Positions 30,085-42,930 of a stretch of DNA of 64,000 bases are shown here, in pieces (positions within the stretch are counted from its first letter, which is position 1; the number at the start of each line of letters is the position of its first letter). The stretch comes from Eledone cirrhosa (taxonomy: Eukaryota): positions 62,620,001 to 62,684,000 of the forward strand of contig OZ024741.1 of assembly GCA_964016885.1 (NCBI GenBank). Direction: 5' to 3'. The position numbers and the translations under genes are program-made. The notes under the pieces were generated by a model. The model did not search any database, had not been told where the DNA came from, and was given only the letters and a program-made list of their open reading frames with translations.

Positions 30085-31179
30085 GTAAAGAAGTGAAGGA
30101 GAGGGGAGCACCTTCTCCATGTGCTCCCCGGGCAAAGGATTGCACACTTTTTCGGGGGTGTGTGCAACCCCCATCACGTCCCCTCCCTTTTGAGGTTATT
30201 TTCGATTATTTTAATTTTATACCCTTTTTACTCGATTGTATGTAAACTCCCCCTTTGTATTTGTCCCCTTCTTTTTATGTCTTTATGGTAAATAAAGAAA
30301 TATATCTATCTATCTCAACCACACACTCTCTTTTACCACCCCCTTTCCACAGAATATGAAATGTATTTTTAGGACTTCAATATAATAGATTACACTTCGG
30401 TAAAAATGTTAGAAAAATTCTCCACTTTCAGGTTCGTGCTAGAAACCGAACAGGGATGAAAAGAAATAAAAAGTGATTTGATGAATGGTTGCGTTGACAT
30501 TAACGCCCTCAACTAGTTAACAGGTTATTTAGTAAATTAATTTCACTAATTAATTCTGGAATTAATTCTAATCTGCCAACACTTGTCGACGTTTTTTCTC
30601 AAGAATCTTTTATGAAGCATCTGAAATGGTAGGTGACATCACATACCATGTCATCACCTGAAGGTGTCTAAAATGTGATTAAAACCATTCAGCTGTTATA
30701 CTTCAGTTTTTCCTAATACACTGAGAAACACAGTAAACTATAATGCTGAACACACGAAACTCTTAAGTATGGGTCTGCAATCTTCTTTACTTTGCACATA
30801 AAATACACATACACACATACACCATCCTACACATTTAGACACACCCAGAAATGTCCCCATTCCCTCTATCACACGCAATTTTTCTGTCTCCCTTTACTAG
30901 TTGTTTATAGAATTCTGATAATGATGTCCATTCCTTTAACGATGTATTTAATAGTTGAACAGACCTATCATGAACCCAAGAGTTCTCTTGCAAATAGGGC
31001 ATGAGTATATATGATAAGGCTGGTCTGGGTAGATGTAATGATGCTAGCATAGGCATATGTGATGATGGGGCATGTTTGTATTTGATAATGGAGGCATGTG
31101 TATATGGGATGTTGATGGTATGGGTATATTTGATAATTGTGGTTTGTGTATATGTGATAAGAATGGTGGGATTAATAAT

Positions 31180-31365
31180 TGTTTCTACTTTTGGCACAAG
31201 GCCAGCAATTACACCAGTGCATTACTGGTGCTTTATTTTATCGACCCCGTAAGGATGAAAGGCAAAATTAACCTCGGTGGGATTTGAACTGAGACCGTAA
31301 AAGGCCGTAACTCTATACTGCAAAGCATAGCGTCCGACCCTTTACCGATACTGCCAATCCACCGC
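31180..31365 (-). mobile_element. tRNA-derived SINE
   Basis: Same family as 4580. Confidence 0.9.
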
Positions 31366-32343
31366 ATTGATAATGATAACTATGGTTGCATTTGTCATAG
31401 CTCTCTTCTATTTCTTCTCGTTGTTTTCTTTCAATGTAAGGCACAAGCTCAGAGTAGGTAATGTCCTTGATGTTCTGGAAGCACCTCACGTGAAAGTGTC
31501 AAATGCCTTAATGTGATCACTGTAAATAACCCTAGCGTCGTAGCCATAGTGCTTTGTTGTGATAGATACCGCTTGCTATCGGAGACTTATGCGAAGGATG
31601 GGAGACAGGTTTTCTAAATGAATCAGCACCGAAGTCTCCCAAAGACAACCGATAAGTTTAATACGGTTCTGGATTTCGATGCTGCCATTCTAAAAGAAAA
31701 GGCTCCTCCTTTATTTGGAAGATGGCACTACTGACAACTAACCACCACTAAACGTAAAGGCAGCCTAAAACTTAATTAACGTTATTTTCAACATTTATTG
31801 CCTATTTGCGTTGATGCATATTACACCCAAACACACACATACACACACACTCAAATATATATATATTCGGATCTAGCTGTCGAAACGCCAGGGGCTCAGA
31901 CGTCGGGGTCTTGTCTCTTTTCATATATATATATATATATATATATTTATTAACATAACAGATTAAAGTTTAAGCAAAGAATCGCTGCTTTCACCCTTAA
32001 CGGGATCTTCTGAAACTAACAAAGTCAATCTGTAAACGCAGAACTGGATATTTCAAAAAACGTTGCAACCGGAGGAAGACAGGAAGACGATACTTTGGTT
32101 CGTGGTAACGTTCCCTGGCAAAGAACGGGAAAAAACGAATAATACGTCATTAATAGGAGCGGTGAAAAACAATTACGCGCAAAGACAAAACCACGTTTAT
32201 GGTATAAAAGAGGTCGTAGACTAATGTTCTCTTAGGTGGTGCATAGAGACGTTCTCTGGCAATGAACGAAAAAACGAAGATAATAAGTCATGTGTGGAGC
32301 GTGGCGAGCCCTCTTTGGATTTTAGTCTTCAATTTTATTATTA

Positions 32344-32374
<31 letters not shown>

Positions 32375-32381
<7 letters not shown>

Positions 32382-32760
32382 AGAAAAAAGAGAATCAGTG
32401 TTGCGACGAAAGGAATTTATTGGACATATTACAATTGTTTCTCATGCGACCAGCTCGAGGTACGATCGATGTGGTGATCAAACCTGACTCTGAAATCGCG
32501 CGGTCCTCGGATACGTCTCGATCCTACGAAGCAGATTTTCATATAGGAAAATCTGCTTCGTTTGATCAGGTTTGATCACCACATCTATCGTGCCTCGAGC
32601 TGATCGCCCGAGAAACAATTGTAATATGTCCAATAAATTCCTTTGTCGCAACACAGATTCTCTTTTTTCTGTGATATCATACTCTGCTCTACGAGGGCAT
32701 CGAGTACTCATACGGCTCACCGCATACGGATGCTTTAAGCATCCAACACCAATTATATAT
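32375..32760. mobile_element. Foldback element (family D) in (TA)n; second copy 60955-61210
   Basis: Arms 32375-32488 / 32565-32678 are reverse complements; inner hairpin cgaagcagattttc..gaaaatctgcttcg. Confidence 0.85.
32423..32517 (-). ncRNA. Hammerhead ribozyme family D, U4>C degenerate copy
   Basis: GACGUAU-CCGAGGA-long stem II-GAAAC-AAUU-GUA-AUAUGUC. Confidence 0.65.
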
Positions 32761-33281
32761 ATATTTATATATATATATTAGTATTGGTGCTCTGAAATAT
32801 CGATGTATACATGAATGTATGTATAGTATATTTGGCAATATACTGTATGTTTAATTAAAAACAATTAGAAGACCATTTGCTCTCAGTTTTAAAGAAGTGA
32901 CTACGTCACTTATTTTTGGCAACGGAGGGGAGAGTGGCTGCCAGTCTGTTTCTTGCTGAGAGAGAGGAGGGGGGAGAGAGATAGTAAACAATGAATTGAA
33001 TTTTAAAACAACCAGCCGAATGTAAAACATGACCAAGTTATGAAGTGTTGTGTAAGCTTCAGCGAACTAACCACCATGTCCGTAGTTAGATACGAAATTA
33101 CAGATTATTGTGAGGAGCCAGAGAATCTAATGAAATCAAGTGTCTTTGCAATGTAGATGTTATTAAATGCTTTTATAGTAAAATCTGTTTACATAGAGTT
33201 ATCTGAGCATAAATATAAATGAATATTTGGCGCTATATAAAATTGCATAGAACGTTAATATATGGTTAAAAGTGTTCCATG

Positions 33282-33352
33282 TATTTTATTATGCGCATTT
33301 CAAAAACAAATATCATCATGGGATGATATTTGCGTTCTCATCAGATAAAATA
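33282..33352 (-). ncRNA. Type I hammerhead ribozyme (family B), intact
   Basis: Exact reverse complement of 33445-33515. Confidence 0.88.
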
Positions 33353-33444
33353 GGGAGACATGGTATGAATATGTTGATTTAACATATGTTGATTTAACAC
33401 TTCACTGCTCGCAGGTGTTCTTTAAGGTTCATATCATGCCTCCC

Positions 33445-33515
33445 TATTTTATCTGATGAGAACGCAAATATCATCCCATGATGATATTTGTTTTTGAAAT
33501 GCGCATAATAAAATA
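33445..33515 (+). ncRNA. Type I hammerhead ribozyme (family B), intact
   Basis: Stem I UAUUUUAU/AUAAAAUA; CUGAUGA 33453-33459; 16-bp stem II with one mismatch; GAAA 33496-33499; palindromic stem III AUGCGCAU; AUA cleavage predicted after 33507. Confidence 0.9.
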
Positions 33516-33891
33516 CATGGAACTCTTTTAACCATCTTTTGATTTTATATTATTTATACTCCAATCCTATAAACTGTTGAGTGCTACTTATCCGATATTT
33601 GCATTGCTTTATTGTGCTACAATAAAACTCGCCTCCTACATATATATATATATGTATATATATATAAAAAGGAACGATCGACTTTTTTGTCAAATCGGAC
33701 CGAGGGAACAATGTTTCCGTTGGTCTTTCCAATTGCTAATACTATCTATCCGTCGCAACTCCAGGTAGAAGGAGCAACGTGAAATAAAGTGTCTTGTTCA
33801 AAGACATAACGCATCGCCTGGTCCAGGAATCGAACTCACAGCCTTACGATTGCGAATACAATCCTCTAACCACTCAGCCACACGCCTTCAC

Positions 33892-33951
<60 letters not shown>

Positions 33952-34032
33952 GGTAAACAGAAATAACAATACAATCGGTACAGTATATGGAAGGGAAATA
34001 TTAGGTTAACGCTTGATATAGCAGGAAGAGGG

Positions 34033-34068
34033 TCTTAACGTTTCGGACGCTAGTCCTTCGCCAGAAGA
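34033..34068 (-). ncRNA. Minimal hammerhead (family E), A6>G variant
   Basis: UCUU-CUGGCGA-A-GGAC-UAGC-GUCC-GAAAC-GUU-AAGA. Confidence 0.6.
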
Positions 34069-34328
34069 AAGAATGAGAAATAAGATTGAGATTGAGGGGA
34101 CGGCGGGATGATAAACAACACACACTCATATATATATATATATGAGGAATGACTGGTCATACAATTGTCTCACACCGTCTCTTTACTGCAAGGACGCCTA
34201 CCTAAAAAGCAATCCAGTCCGGTCTTCTGTTATTTTTACATGATTATATATATATACAAAAGTGTGTGTGCGTGTCGGTGTGTATGTGAGTATGTGTGTG
34301 TGTGTGTATGTATATGTTTGTATATATA

Positions 34329-34503
34329 CAGTGAAATTCCGTTATAACGAAATGCTCAGGGTATAAAAAAATCGTTGTAACGAAAAATTCTTTATAACGA
34401 GATCGACCGAAACTAATCGAGCGTTTGTTTGTTATTACTTCGGGGATTGAAAAAATTTCGCTATACTGACAAATTCGTTATAATGTTAACGGAATTTTAA
34501 CTG
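34329..34503. mobile_element. Tc1/mariner/pogo-type MITE
   Basis: TIRs cagtgaaattccgtta / taacggaattttaactg, TA flanks, internal gttataacg repeats. Confidence 0.8.
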
Positions 34504-37427
34504 TATATACATAAAATCAACTGCACTGTTCTTGTTATTCGCTAATCGGAATAATTCCGTTTTAATCCCATATCTTCTGAAGATATTTATTTTCATTCTC
34601 AATACATTTAAATGCGATTTGAAATATCAATGAAGTTATTTTAATAAATATTTCTAATGGGTTTTCTTTTGTTTTTTTCGAATTTTATTTATGAAAATTT
34701 GATAAATTTTCGAGAACTGCGGTTTTACTCTTCTTTCAAAATTTTCAAATATGTTGAGAAAAACTGTTAAATAATTTATTTTATTTGACATTTTGGAATA
34801 AAATTCGAAATTTATCGAAATTTCCCAGATTTGATGTCTCTAATGTATATATCGAATTTCCCGTTTAAAGTATTTGGTTATTTGACAACGTGGTTATTTA
34901 ATCGTTTTCCTATGATTTCGCAATTTCCTATATTTGAATTTAAATATTTAGACCGGTAAAAACATAAAAAAGCATTACATAATTGTTTCTGCTAACCTTA
35001 TTACATCATAAAGTTTCTTTATTGCTTTTATATTAGATTAGTCTTCCTATATAAGATTAGTCTTCCTAGAAAACGTATATTATTGCATATTAAGTGATTG
35101 CTATTTGGTAATTCATGCATATGTCATGAAACTATAACATTTATAATTTTTGTCAAGAATAGTCACCTATCGGTATTAAGTAATTATCTTAAATCGATAG
35201 GGGATAGATCATTTTTCTGAAGTGGAACAATTTGAATAATTAGATAAATTAATTAATTACAAACAACATCAATTATAAACTTATTGTTTAATTTTACATT
35301 TCGATTCTACTATCAACAATATTATGATGATAACATCTGGTCTAAGAATTTGAGATTTATTCTCGTTATCAATTCCAACCAAATCAGAAAAATGACTTCC
35401 CACTCTTTGCGTTGTGACTTAACGACCTTCCGAGGTAAGCTTTGCGTTTCAGTTCTACGGGTCAATTTAATCGACTTATAGGGGACCTCCCAGACATTTT
35501 CTAGTCAAAAGTACGGATGAAAATCCCATACGAATCTTCATGTATACGAGTTTTCACAATGATTACAGATGTTGCTGGAGACCCGTCACTTCTGACGAGG
35601 AAAGCTCCGATTGTTTAAACAACGAAACAGCCTGCTCGTGAAATTAACGTGCAAATGGTTAAGCATTCCACAGACACGTGCTACCATAACGTAGTTCCGA
35701 AGGACATTCGGCATGACATCATGCATGACAAGTCTGACACTTTGAATTAGAGATACTACTCATTCGTATCAACTGAGTGTACAGAAGAAACGTAAAATAA
35801 AGTGTCATGCTCAAAACAGAACGCGCTGCCGGGAATGAAACCTTACGATCGTGAGCCGAAAAAACAAAACAATAAACTAACGGTCGTAGTATTCTTGGAA
35901 GCTCTCTCAGTGGCTCGCCTAAGTCGCCTAAGTGAAATCTTTCTGATTTTTTTTACCCCAACGTTTCAGTCGTAATTTATTTTTTTAATCATTTTTACGA
36001 TCGAAGTGTACACATTCTGAAGAAACAAATCAAAACAACCTGAGTTACCACCATTTTTTTTTATGTGGACATGAATGTAAATTGGCGCTGATGTTGAGCC
36101 ATAACACATGCGGCCCGCTTCTCGGAAAAGGTTGCCCATACCTGGTGTAGTCAATTAAGTAACCCACGTTATATTTAAGTAATTCTGACTATGATAGACA
36201 CGATAGACAAGCTATTGACCACCAGCTAACTATAGCCACTATAGAACAGCTGTTGACCACCAGCTAACTATAGCCACTACAGAAGAGCTATGCAACATGT
36301 TTACCAACAACACCACGACATTTCAATTTTACAGTTTATTTCGTGTTATACAGTGTAAATAACATGTGTCCTCTTCACTAACTTAAACAACCAAAACAAA
36401 TGTCATAAACACTAAGACTTGAACAGTGAATACTGACAAGTGTGTGTGTAGTTTACACATCTTGTCTTCTGACTCACCTCCTTCTGCATCCATTTATTCC
36501 TGAGCAGAATCCTGAAACACATCTTCCAGCGAGCAAGTTCTGTCAGAAGCAGCCGTCTCTAATTGATACGGCTGGATCCCTTAAGCGAGACCAACAATAT
36601 AAACTTCACTTTAAATGGAATTATATTAGCTAATCTCGCCAGGATTTAATTACTTACCTGAGAAGGAATCTACCAGTTCATGTATGTTTCATTTAAATGT
36701 TACTTTAACTGTTTAAGGTATTCAAAGCTACTATCGGTATCCACATATACGAGTGAGAACTGAAACGTTCATAGGCTGACTATAATGGAGTGATGCTAGA
36801 GCTATGAAATCTTGCATGCTTTAATTTCAACTCTCCTTATATTTATACATGGTGTCCCCCCAAAAATGCATACACAAAGGCTATGCATTCTAATAAATAT
36901 TGCCTGTATAGGTGATCAAAGTGTGTATACATTTTTTTTTGGGGGGGGGGGCACCTTATATATATATAAATATTGTTATATTTGGGGAAGGTCATGTTAT
37001 AATATTGCAAGAAAAATATTGTAAAACACACTCACTGATTGGTTTTCGTTTCAGTACATTTTTATATTTCTATGGCAATCAATGTTTATCATTGATAGCG
37101 CAACAGTTAAAGTTTGTACATATGCAGCAACACTAACTTCGATTCTTTTAATTCTATTTACACTGTGCACTCTACAGCTGTAACACTGGAATACAAACGA
37201 AACAGACCTCGTAACAGCATCGAGTGCTTCGAACGTCACGCCGCCTGTAACTGTTGTTACAAACGTAACACCCCCCACATTTATATGTACTTGATTAAAC
37301 CTTGGAGTTTTGTATGTATGTAATAAGCAATAAAGTTTCATAACAAGTTGCACATCTGACTTCCTATTATCACCCCTCTCTCTCCCCCCGCTCTCTCCCT
37401 CTTTCCCTCTCTCCATCTCTCACCCCC

Positions 37428-37467
<40 letters not shown>

Positions 37468-37519
37468 GTAAGTATGTATGTATACGTACATACATATATG
37501 TATACAGACGTACAGTAGC

Positions 37520-37594
<75 letters not shown>

Positions 37595-37930
37595 CATACA
37601 GGCACACATATATATATGTACGTATCAGTTTAGCGAACATTTAATATAATGTTCGCTTTGTTCGTTTGTAAACAAACTGACAGCCTGATTTATGCCGTAC
37701 GGTGTTAAGGCAACCACGTCACCATTTCTTTTTTGTTTTTTTTTTGTTCAACACTGACACAGGAACGATGTACTAGTTTCAAGCTTGTTAGCTATCGTCA
37801 GCACCGTATACCCTTCTGCCAGATGGTTGAACGTTCGAAAGTATATACTTTCCTTATGAAAATTAACGGCTGAGCAGTAAGTGCCGAACTAAGAGTGAGA
37901 AATGAAATTTCGTTTCATTCTATTCCATTT
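37468..37930 (-). mobile_element. Diverged monomer of the family C hammerhead element (see 54959)
   Basis: Colinear similarity to 55020-55410 (gaacattta.tataatg, gtttgtaaacaaac, ttgttcaacactgaca.aggaacg). Confidence 0.8.
37765..37807 (-). ncRNA. Minimal type I hammerhead (family C), intact
   Basis: ACGGUG-CUGACGA-U-AGCU-AACA-AGCU-U-GAAAC-UA-GUA-CAUCGU. Confidence 0.82.
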
Positions 37931-37951
37931 ATATATATATATATATATATA

Positions 37952-38452
37952 TATTGTTATACTTTGGGAGGGTCATGTTGCCAATAAGAAACACACGCAC
38001 CAGTTGCTTTCACTTCAATTTAATTTATTATATATTTATAAATTTACAAATTTATAAATTTCTGGTTGGTTGGTTGGTTCCACAACCAGATAGTTGTTTA
38101 TATATATATAGTCATAGTTCTTTCGTCACACACAAACAAAATGGCGTAGGATAGAAGAAAGGAAAGGCACAGAAACGAAGAAAGAAATCCCCAGTCACTG
38201 AAGAGGTCACAGAGTGTGTGACGAAAGAACTATGACTATATATATATATAAACAACTATCTGGTTGTGGAACCAACCAACCAACCAGAAATTTATAAATT
38301 TGTAAATTTATAAATATATAATAAATTAAATTGAAGTGTAAGCAACTGGTGCGTGTGTTTCTTATTGGCAACATGACCCTCCCAAAGTATAACAATATCG
38401 GTTTCAACACACGATTTCAGATAAAGAATCTTGCTAAACAAATTCAGAAACG

Positions 38453-38456
<4 letters not shown>
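37952..38456. mobile_element. Inverted pLTR-only foldback of the Penelope family at 1205
   Basis: Arms 37952-38133 / 38214-38397; 38140-38456 matches the reverse complement of 1205-1490; (TA)n on both sides. Confidence 0.88.
38193..38237 (+). ncRNA. Minimal type I hammerhead (family A), intact core
   Basis: AGUCA-CUGAAGA-G-GUCAC-loop-GUGAC-GAAA-G-AA-C-UA-UGACU; cleavage predicted after 38232. Confidence 0.8.
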
Positions 38457-38546
<90 letters not shown>

Positions 38547-38877
38547 TCTGCTGTATTGGGGTCGGGAAGACAACAAATCAAATAAGTACACTATACATTG
38601 TATTACCAACGATTTATTAGGCTGATTCTATCTTATCAGATAACATCAGGCTAATAAATCAAATGTTTATGTTCTATAACAGTTGAATATATATAACTCT
38701 CAAAATCCTACAGACATTTCGGACTATACGCAACATTCCAATGGATGCGACCAATTGGCAGAGTCGTTAGTATATATATAATGAAATTATTGTGTAAAGT
38801 GCTCAGGTGCACTACAACTCGTCAATATAGTACATAGAATAATACACAAATGTCAGGGAAGTACATGTGTGTATGTG

Positions 38878-40422
38878 TTAGCTGTAGTGTTGGCGGATCT
38901 CGGGAAGCATGGAGGCCTTAAAGGATGCAGTGTCTCGACAGCTAACAACTGATGCAGGTAGTTTGTTCCATGCTTCAGCAACTCTGAGCGTGAAAAAATG
39001 TTTCCGAAAGTCACAGGAACTGTGCTGTTTTCTTACTTTGTGGGCATGTCCACGTGTGTTAGACACATGGAAATCAAAAAGGTACTCAGGGTTGTTGTTG
39101 GCAACATGGTTAACAATTTTGTGGGTGTTTACCAAGTCAGTTGCCAGGCGTCGGAGCTTCAATGAATCCATGCCCAGGGAAGCAAGGCGCTCAGAGTATG
39201 GTAGATGCCTGATGGAGGGTATTCGCTTGGTTGCACGTCTCTGAACAGTTTCCAGGCGGTCAATGTCCTGAGCAAGATAGGGGTTCCAGACTGGTGATGC
39301 AATTTCTAAGTGTGGTCGCACCATAGCTGTATACAGCCTTAAATAGATATCTGGAGAGCGGCTGACAAAGGTCTTGCTGAGTGATGCTAAGACACCCTCG
39401 GCCCTCTTGACAATTTTAGAGACGTGCCTCGTCCAACGCAAATCGCTGCTGACCGTAATGCCCAGGTCACGTTCACAGGAAGACTTCTTGATATTAGTGC
39501 TGTGGAGGGAGTATGTGGACGCTGGGTTTTTACTCCCAAAATGCATGGTGGTGCACTTGTCCACAGCTAGCTTGAGTTGCCAGTCTGAGATCCATTGTTG
39601 CATTGTGTCCAGGTCAGACTGCAAGCAAGATCTATAGTGTTCAGGATCTGTCCTTTTTATCTCAAGGTACAGCTTGATGTCGTCTGCGTACTTTAGTACT
39701 GTGGCATTCCTTAAGTTGGCATCTATGTCATTAATATATGCCACAAACAAAAGGGGGCCAAGAACAGATCCCTGTGGTACACCAGATGACATCTCATATG
39801 GTGAGGAATGCTGTCCCAGAACCGTGACTACCTCTCTTCGACTGAGAATGAAGGACTTCAACCAGTTAAAAAGATCATCCCTCACACCCATTGCAGAGAG
39901 TTTTGCCATAAGCTTTTTGTGTGGCGCAGAATTGAAGGCCTTCGCAAAGTCAAGGTAAACAACATCCACCCATGAGCCGCCATCAGTGATCCGGGTGATG
40001 TCCTCAAGAAACTCTATAAGTTGATCACAGCAGCTGGAGTTGGGGATAAATCCAAATTGCGAGGGCCGGATAAGACTGTGAGAGATCCAGAAGTTCCAAA
40101 GTGTTTCTCTGACACAGGATTCCATCAGTTTGTCAATGCAACTAGTAAGACTGACTGGACGATAGTTCACAGGTGATGTGCGGTCACCCTTTTTGAACAG
40201 AGGAATGACACTGGCAGTTTTCCACTGTTCTGGAGTAGCACTGTTGTTCAGACAGAATTGGAAGAAGCGTGATAACTGGTGTAGAAAGAAGTACCCACCA
40301 CGTTTAAGAAGCAGGTACGTAACACCATCAAGACCAGGAGAGGCATGGTTGCATTTATTTTTTAGGTGACGTGGCAGCAATGCAGGTGTAAATTCCATGG
40401 TTGTAATAGAGTCCGGTGTCAT
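38878..40422 (-). CDS. CR1 ORF2 reverse transcriptase portion
   Basis: 514 aa with NYRPVSLTS, YLDFAKAF, GVPQGSVLGPLLF, KYADD, RDLG, RGH..K..RKHFF..RV...WN.LP. Confidence 0.92.
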   Translation of the reverse strand: MTPDSITTMEFTPALLPRHLKNKCNHASPGLDGVTYLLLKRGGYFFLHQLSRFFQFCLNNSATPEQWKTASVIPLFKKGDRTSPVNYRPVSLTSCIDKLMESCVRETLWNFWISHSLIRPSQFGFIPNSSCCDQLIEFLEDITRITDGGSWVDVVYLDFAKAFNSAPHKKLMAKLSAMGVRDDLFNWLKSFILSRREVVTVLGQHSSPYEMSSGVPQGSVLGPLLFVAYINDIDANLRNATVLKYADDIKLYLEIKRTDPEHYRSCLQSDLDTMQQWISDWQLKLAVDKCTTMHFGSKNPASTYSLHSTNIKKSSCERDLGITVSSDLRWTRHVSKIVKRAEGVLASLSKTFVSRSPDIYLRLYTAMVRPHLEIASPVWNPYLAQDIDRLETVQRRATKRIPSIRHLPYSERLASLGMDSLKLRRLATDLVNTHKIVNHVANNNPEYLFDFHVSNTRGHAHKVRKQHSSCDFRKHFFTLRVAEAWNKLPASVVSCRDTASFKASMLPEIRQHYS

Positions 40423-40473
40423 AGGTGGTGGAGATGGTACACTCTGGTCTTCAATAGTGAAAATGCCTGCATA

Positions 40474-41660
40474 TCATTCAGCAATGAGCTCTGCGCATTC
40501 CTTGGGGTCGTCAGTAACCTGGCTTGTGTGGGGATTGCTAAGAGGACCAACTGGAGAGTAAGGCCTCTGCTTTGAGTGAACATACTTCCAGAACACCTTA
40601 CTGTCAGGGCTGGTTGCTATGCGCTGCTCAAATTGAAGCACTGCCTTTTTTGTCACCTGTTTGAGGTGGTTGGACGATCTATTTCGCCTCTTCCTATTAA
40701 TGTCTGATTTGTGAAGTTTGTACTCACGTTCAGCATTGCGCCGTTCTTTTCTGGCAAGACGGACTGCTGCAGTCTCCCAAATAGCGCTTTTGGGATGTTT
40801 TTCCCGCTTACGTGGCACCGATGCTGCACATGCTGTCCATATTGAGCTCAGGATGTTCTGGAGTACAGTGTTGACATCTCCAGAGTCGTAGAACTCAAAC
40901 CAGTTTGGCCGTTGCAACTCGGTGCAGTAACAGTTCCAGTCTACTTTATTCCAGTCAAAATGAGCAGTTTGGAGATAGTTGTGGTTCTTTTTACTGCCCA
41001 TGAGGGATAGATTGGCAATGATCATAGCATGATCAGAGTCACCTAAAGGTTCCTCAGCAGTAACACTAATGACCGTTGCAGGAATAGTGGTGAAGAGTAG
41101 GTTCAAAGTGTTGTCACCTCTCGTTGGTGAGGTGACCACCTGGAACCAACTCGAGTCCAGCACCAGCTCAAGGAAGTCATTTGCAATTGGCGGCCAACGA
41201 AAGGTCTCCCAGTCAATCTCAGGGTGATTGAAGTCACCTGCAATGAAAACATAAGTGCCTGTCTTCCTGGCAGCAGCTCTGAGGATATCACAAAGTTGAG
41301 TGTCCTGATGGTCATTTGGGGGACGGTAAACGACTCCAAGTAGCAGTGTTGACATGGTCATACGTATATCGCAGAAAAAAACTTCCTGCTGTGATTGGTT
41401 CAAATCAGCACAAGGAATTGCCGACAGATTTGACTGAACGTAGACCATTACACCACCACCACGACGATTAATGCGGTCTTTACGAAACAGGTTGTAGCCA
41501 GTCATGCTGAAAACCCATCACAGAGTAAGGGATGTGCCCAAGTTTCCGTGACTGTAATGAAGTCCGGGTTGATACTTTTGACGTAGGAGTCAAAAAGATG
41601 AATCTTATTGCATAGACTACGTGCATTCAAGGACCGCAACTTGTACTTTGATTCCAGTCT
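40474..41660 (-). pseudogene. CR1 ORF2 APE endonuclease portion (frameshifted at ~41515 and ~40470)
   Basis: LNARSL, TVTETW, RKDRINRRGGGV, VYRPP, GDFNHP, PTRGDNTLNL, SDHAMI. Confidence 0.9.
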
Positions 41661-41695
41661 ATGATTATGTGCAGGGGATGGCAGGTTGTTCTGAT

Positions 41696-42930
41696 TTAGT
41701 TTCCCAGAGTTTTTTCAGTTTCTTTATTGTCAGTTGTTGTGGGTACAGTATTTTCAGACCAGCTGGTGTCTCTTTTCCATGATTCGCCAGCCTTAACAAA
41801 CTTCCATATCTGCCCATCATCTCGTAGGCTGAAGCTTTCATGTTCTGCCGAGCTGCGGTTTAGGGAAGCTGCAGCACGCAACTTTGGGCGGACATCAGGT
41901 GGAAGACCAGGACGTGTTCGGAAAGCAATCCGACTTTCACGCCTAGCTTTATCAGAGGCTACAAGGTATGAACGTGCCTCAGTTGAGTTTTAAAACGACA
42001 GTCTAATTAACCTGGGTTTCGGGCCTGGTCGGCCAAGGCGTAGGGAACCCTTTGCGGGAGCACAGCCCAGGTCTTTGGATGAACTGGCAGCAAATGCCTG
42101 AAGATCAACTATGTCTTCCGGCACACCAATAGCAATCACTTCGTGGTTTGCAGATTCAGTGGCATTCTCAATGCGTCTAGGTTCAGCATGAGGTACGCGG
42201 AGATTTTTTAACCAGGCATTCCGGTAAGATCCCTCATTGTGGGGTTCTACACGAACGCTTGATTTTATTTCCGCTATTTCTTGACTTAAAGCGGAAATCA
42301 TTTGCCGTATTTCCTCAAACTCCGTATTGACGGTCGGTTTTTGTTGTTGTTCTTCTCCTTCAACAGGCATGGTAGAAGACACAGTCGTCGGTTGTTGTTG
42401 TTGAAAAGTAACGGGTGAGGAAGACATGGGTTGCTGTTGTTGATGAAGTCCTTCAACGGGGGTAGTAGCAGAAGCTACGGTCGTTGGTTTTTGCTGTTGT
42501 TCAGGAACAATGGTAGAGGAAGACACGATCCTCGGTTTTTGTTGTTGTTGTTCGGGAACAATGGTAGAAGACACGATCTTCGGTCTTTGTTGTTGTTGTT
42601 GTTCCGCAGCAATGGGAGAAGCAGGCATACAGTCCAGGCACTGAAAGGACCAGTTTGTTAGCTGGACCATCTCCCAGAGTCCATCCATCGTAGCAATATG
42701 ATGTTTCTTATTTTGGCCTGGGATCTTCCGGAAGCCTGTGGCTCATTGAAGGCAGACAGAGATGCGACAGGTTCCACATTCGACCCAACGATTACGGAAC
42801 GAGTTTTCGGGTTCCGTACAGATATGGCAGGTGTGATCTTCTGGGCAATGTTCTATTTTGGAACATCGACCAGTTTTGTCGCATACTTCATCGATGGATA
42901 TCACCATGGCAATTTTGTTATTTCTACCCA
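41696..42930 (-). pseudogene. CR1 ORF1 with PHD-like finger and Gln-rich repeats, frameshifted
   Basis: CHIC...WVECGTC...FQCLDC; RLGRPGPKPRLIRLSF; QQQQKP repeats. Confidence 0.75.

Larger units (their letters stand above)
24649..30302 (+). mobile_element. Full-length Tx1-clade (L1 group) LINE with ~20-bp TSD
   Basis: ORF1 plus APE-RT-CCHC ORF2; tatctatctatctcaaccac duplicated at 24629-24648 and 30303-30322. Confidence 0.93.
33262..33535. mobile_element. Foldback element (family B), 108-bp arms, one hammerhead per arm
   Basis: Arms 33262-33369 / 33428-33535; spacer contains atatgttgatttaac twice. Confidence 0.9.

Noticed and set aside
31975-32020. Minus-strand CAGAAGA-UCCC..GGGU-GAAA motif
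   Set aside because: Core mutated, and no NUH or stem I pairing
35585-35640. ctgacga...cgaaac hammerhead-like string
   Set aside because: Lies in the reverse tail of a SINE; stems I and III cannot be closed, and other SINE copies lack it
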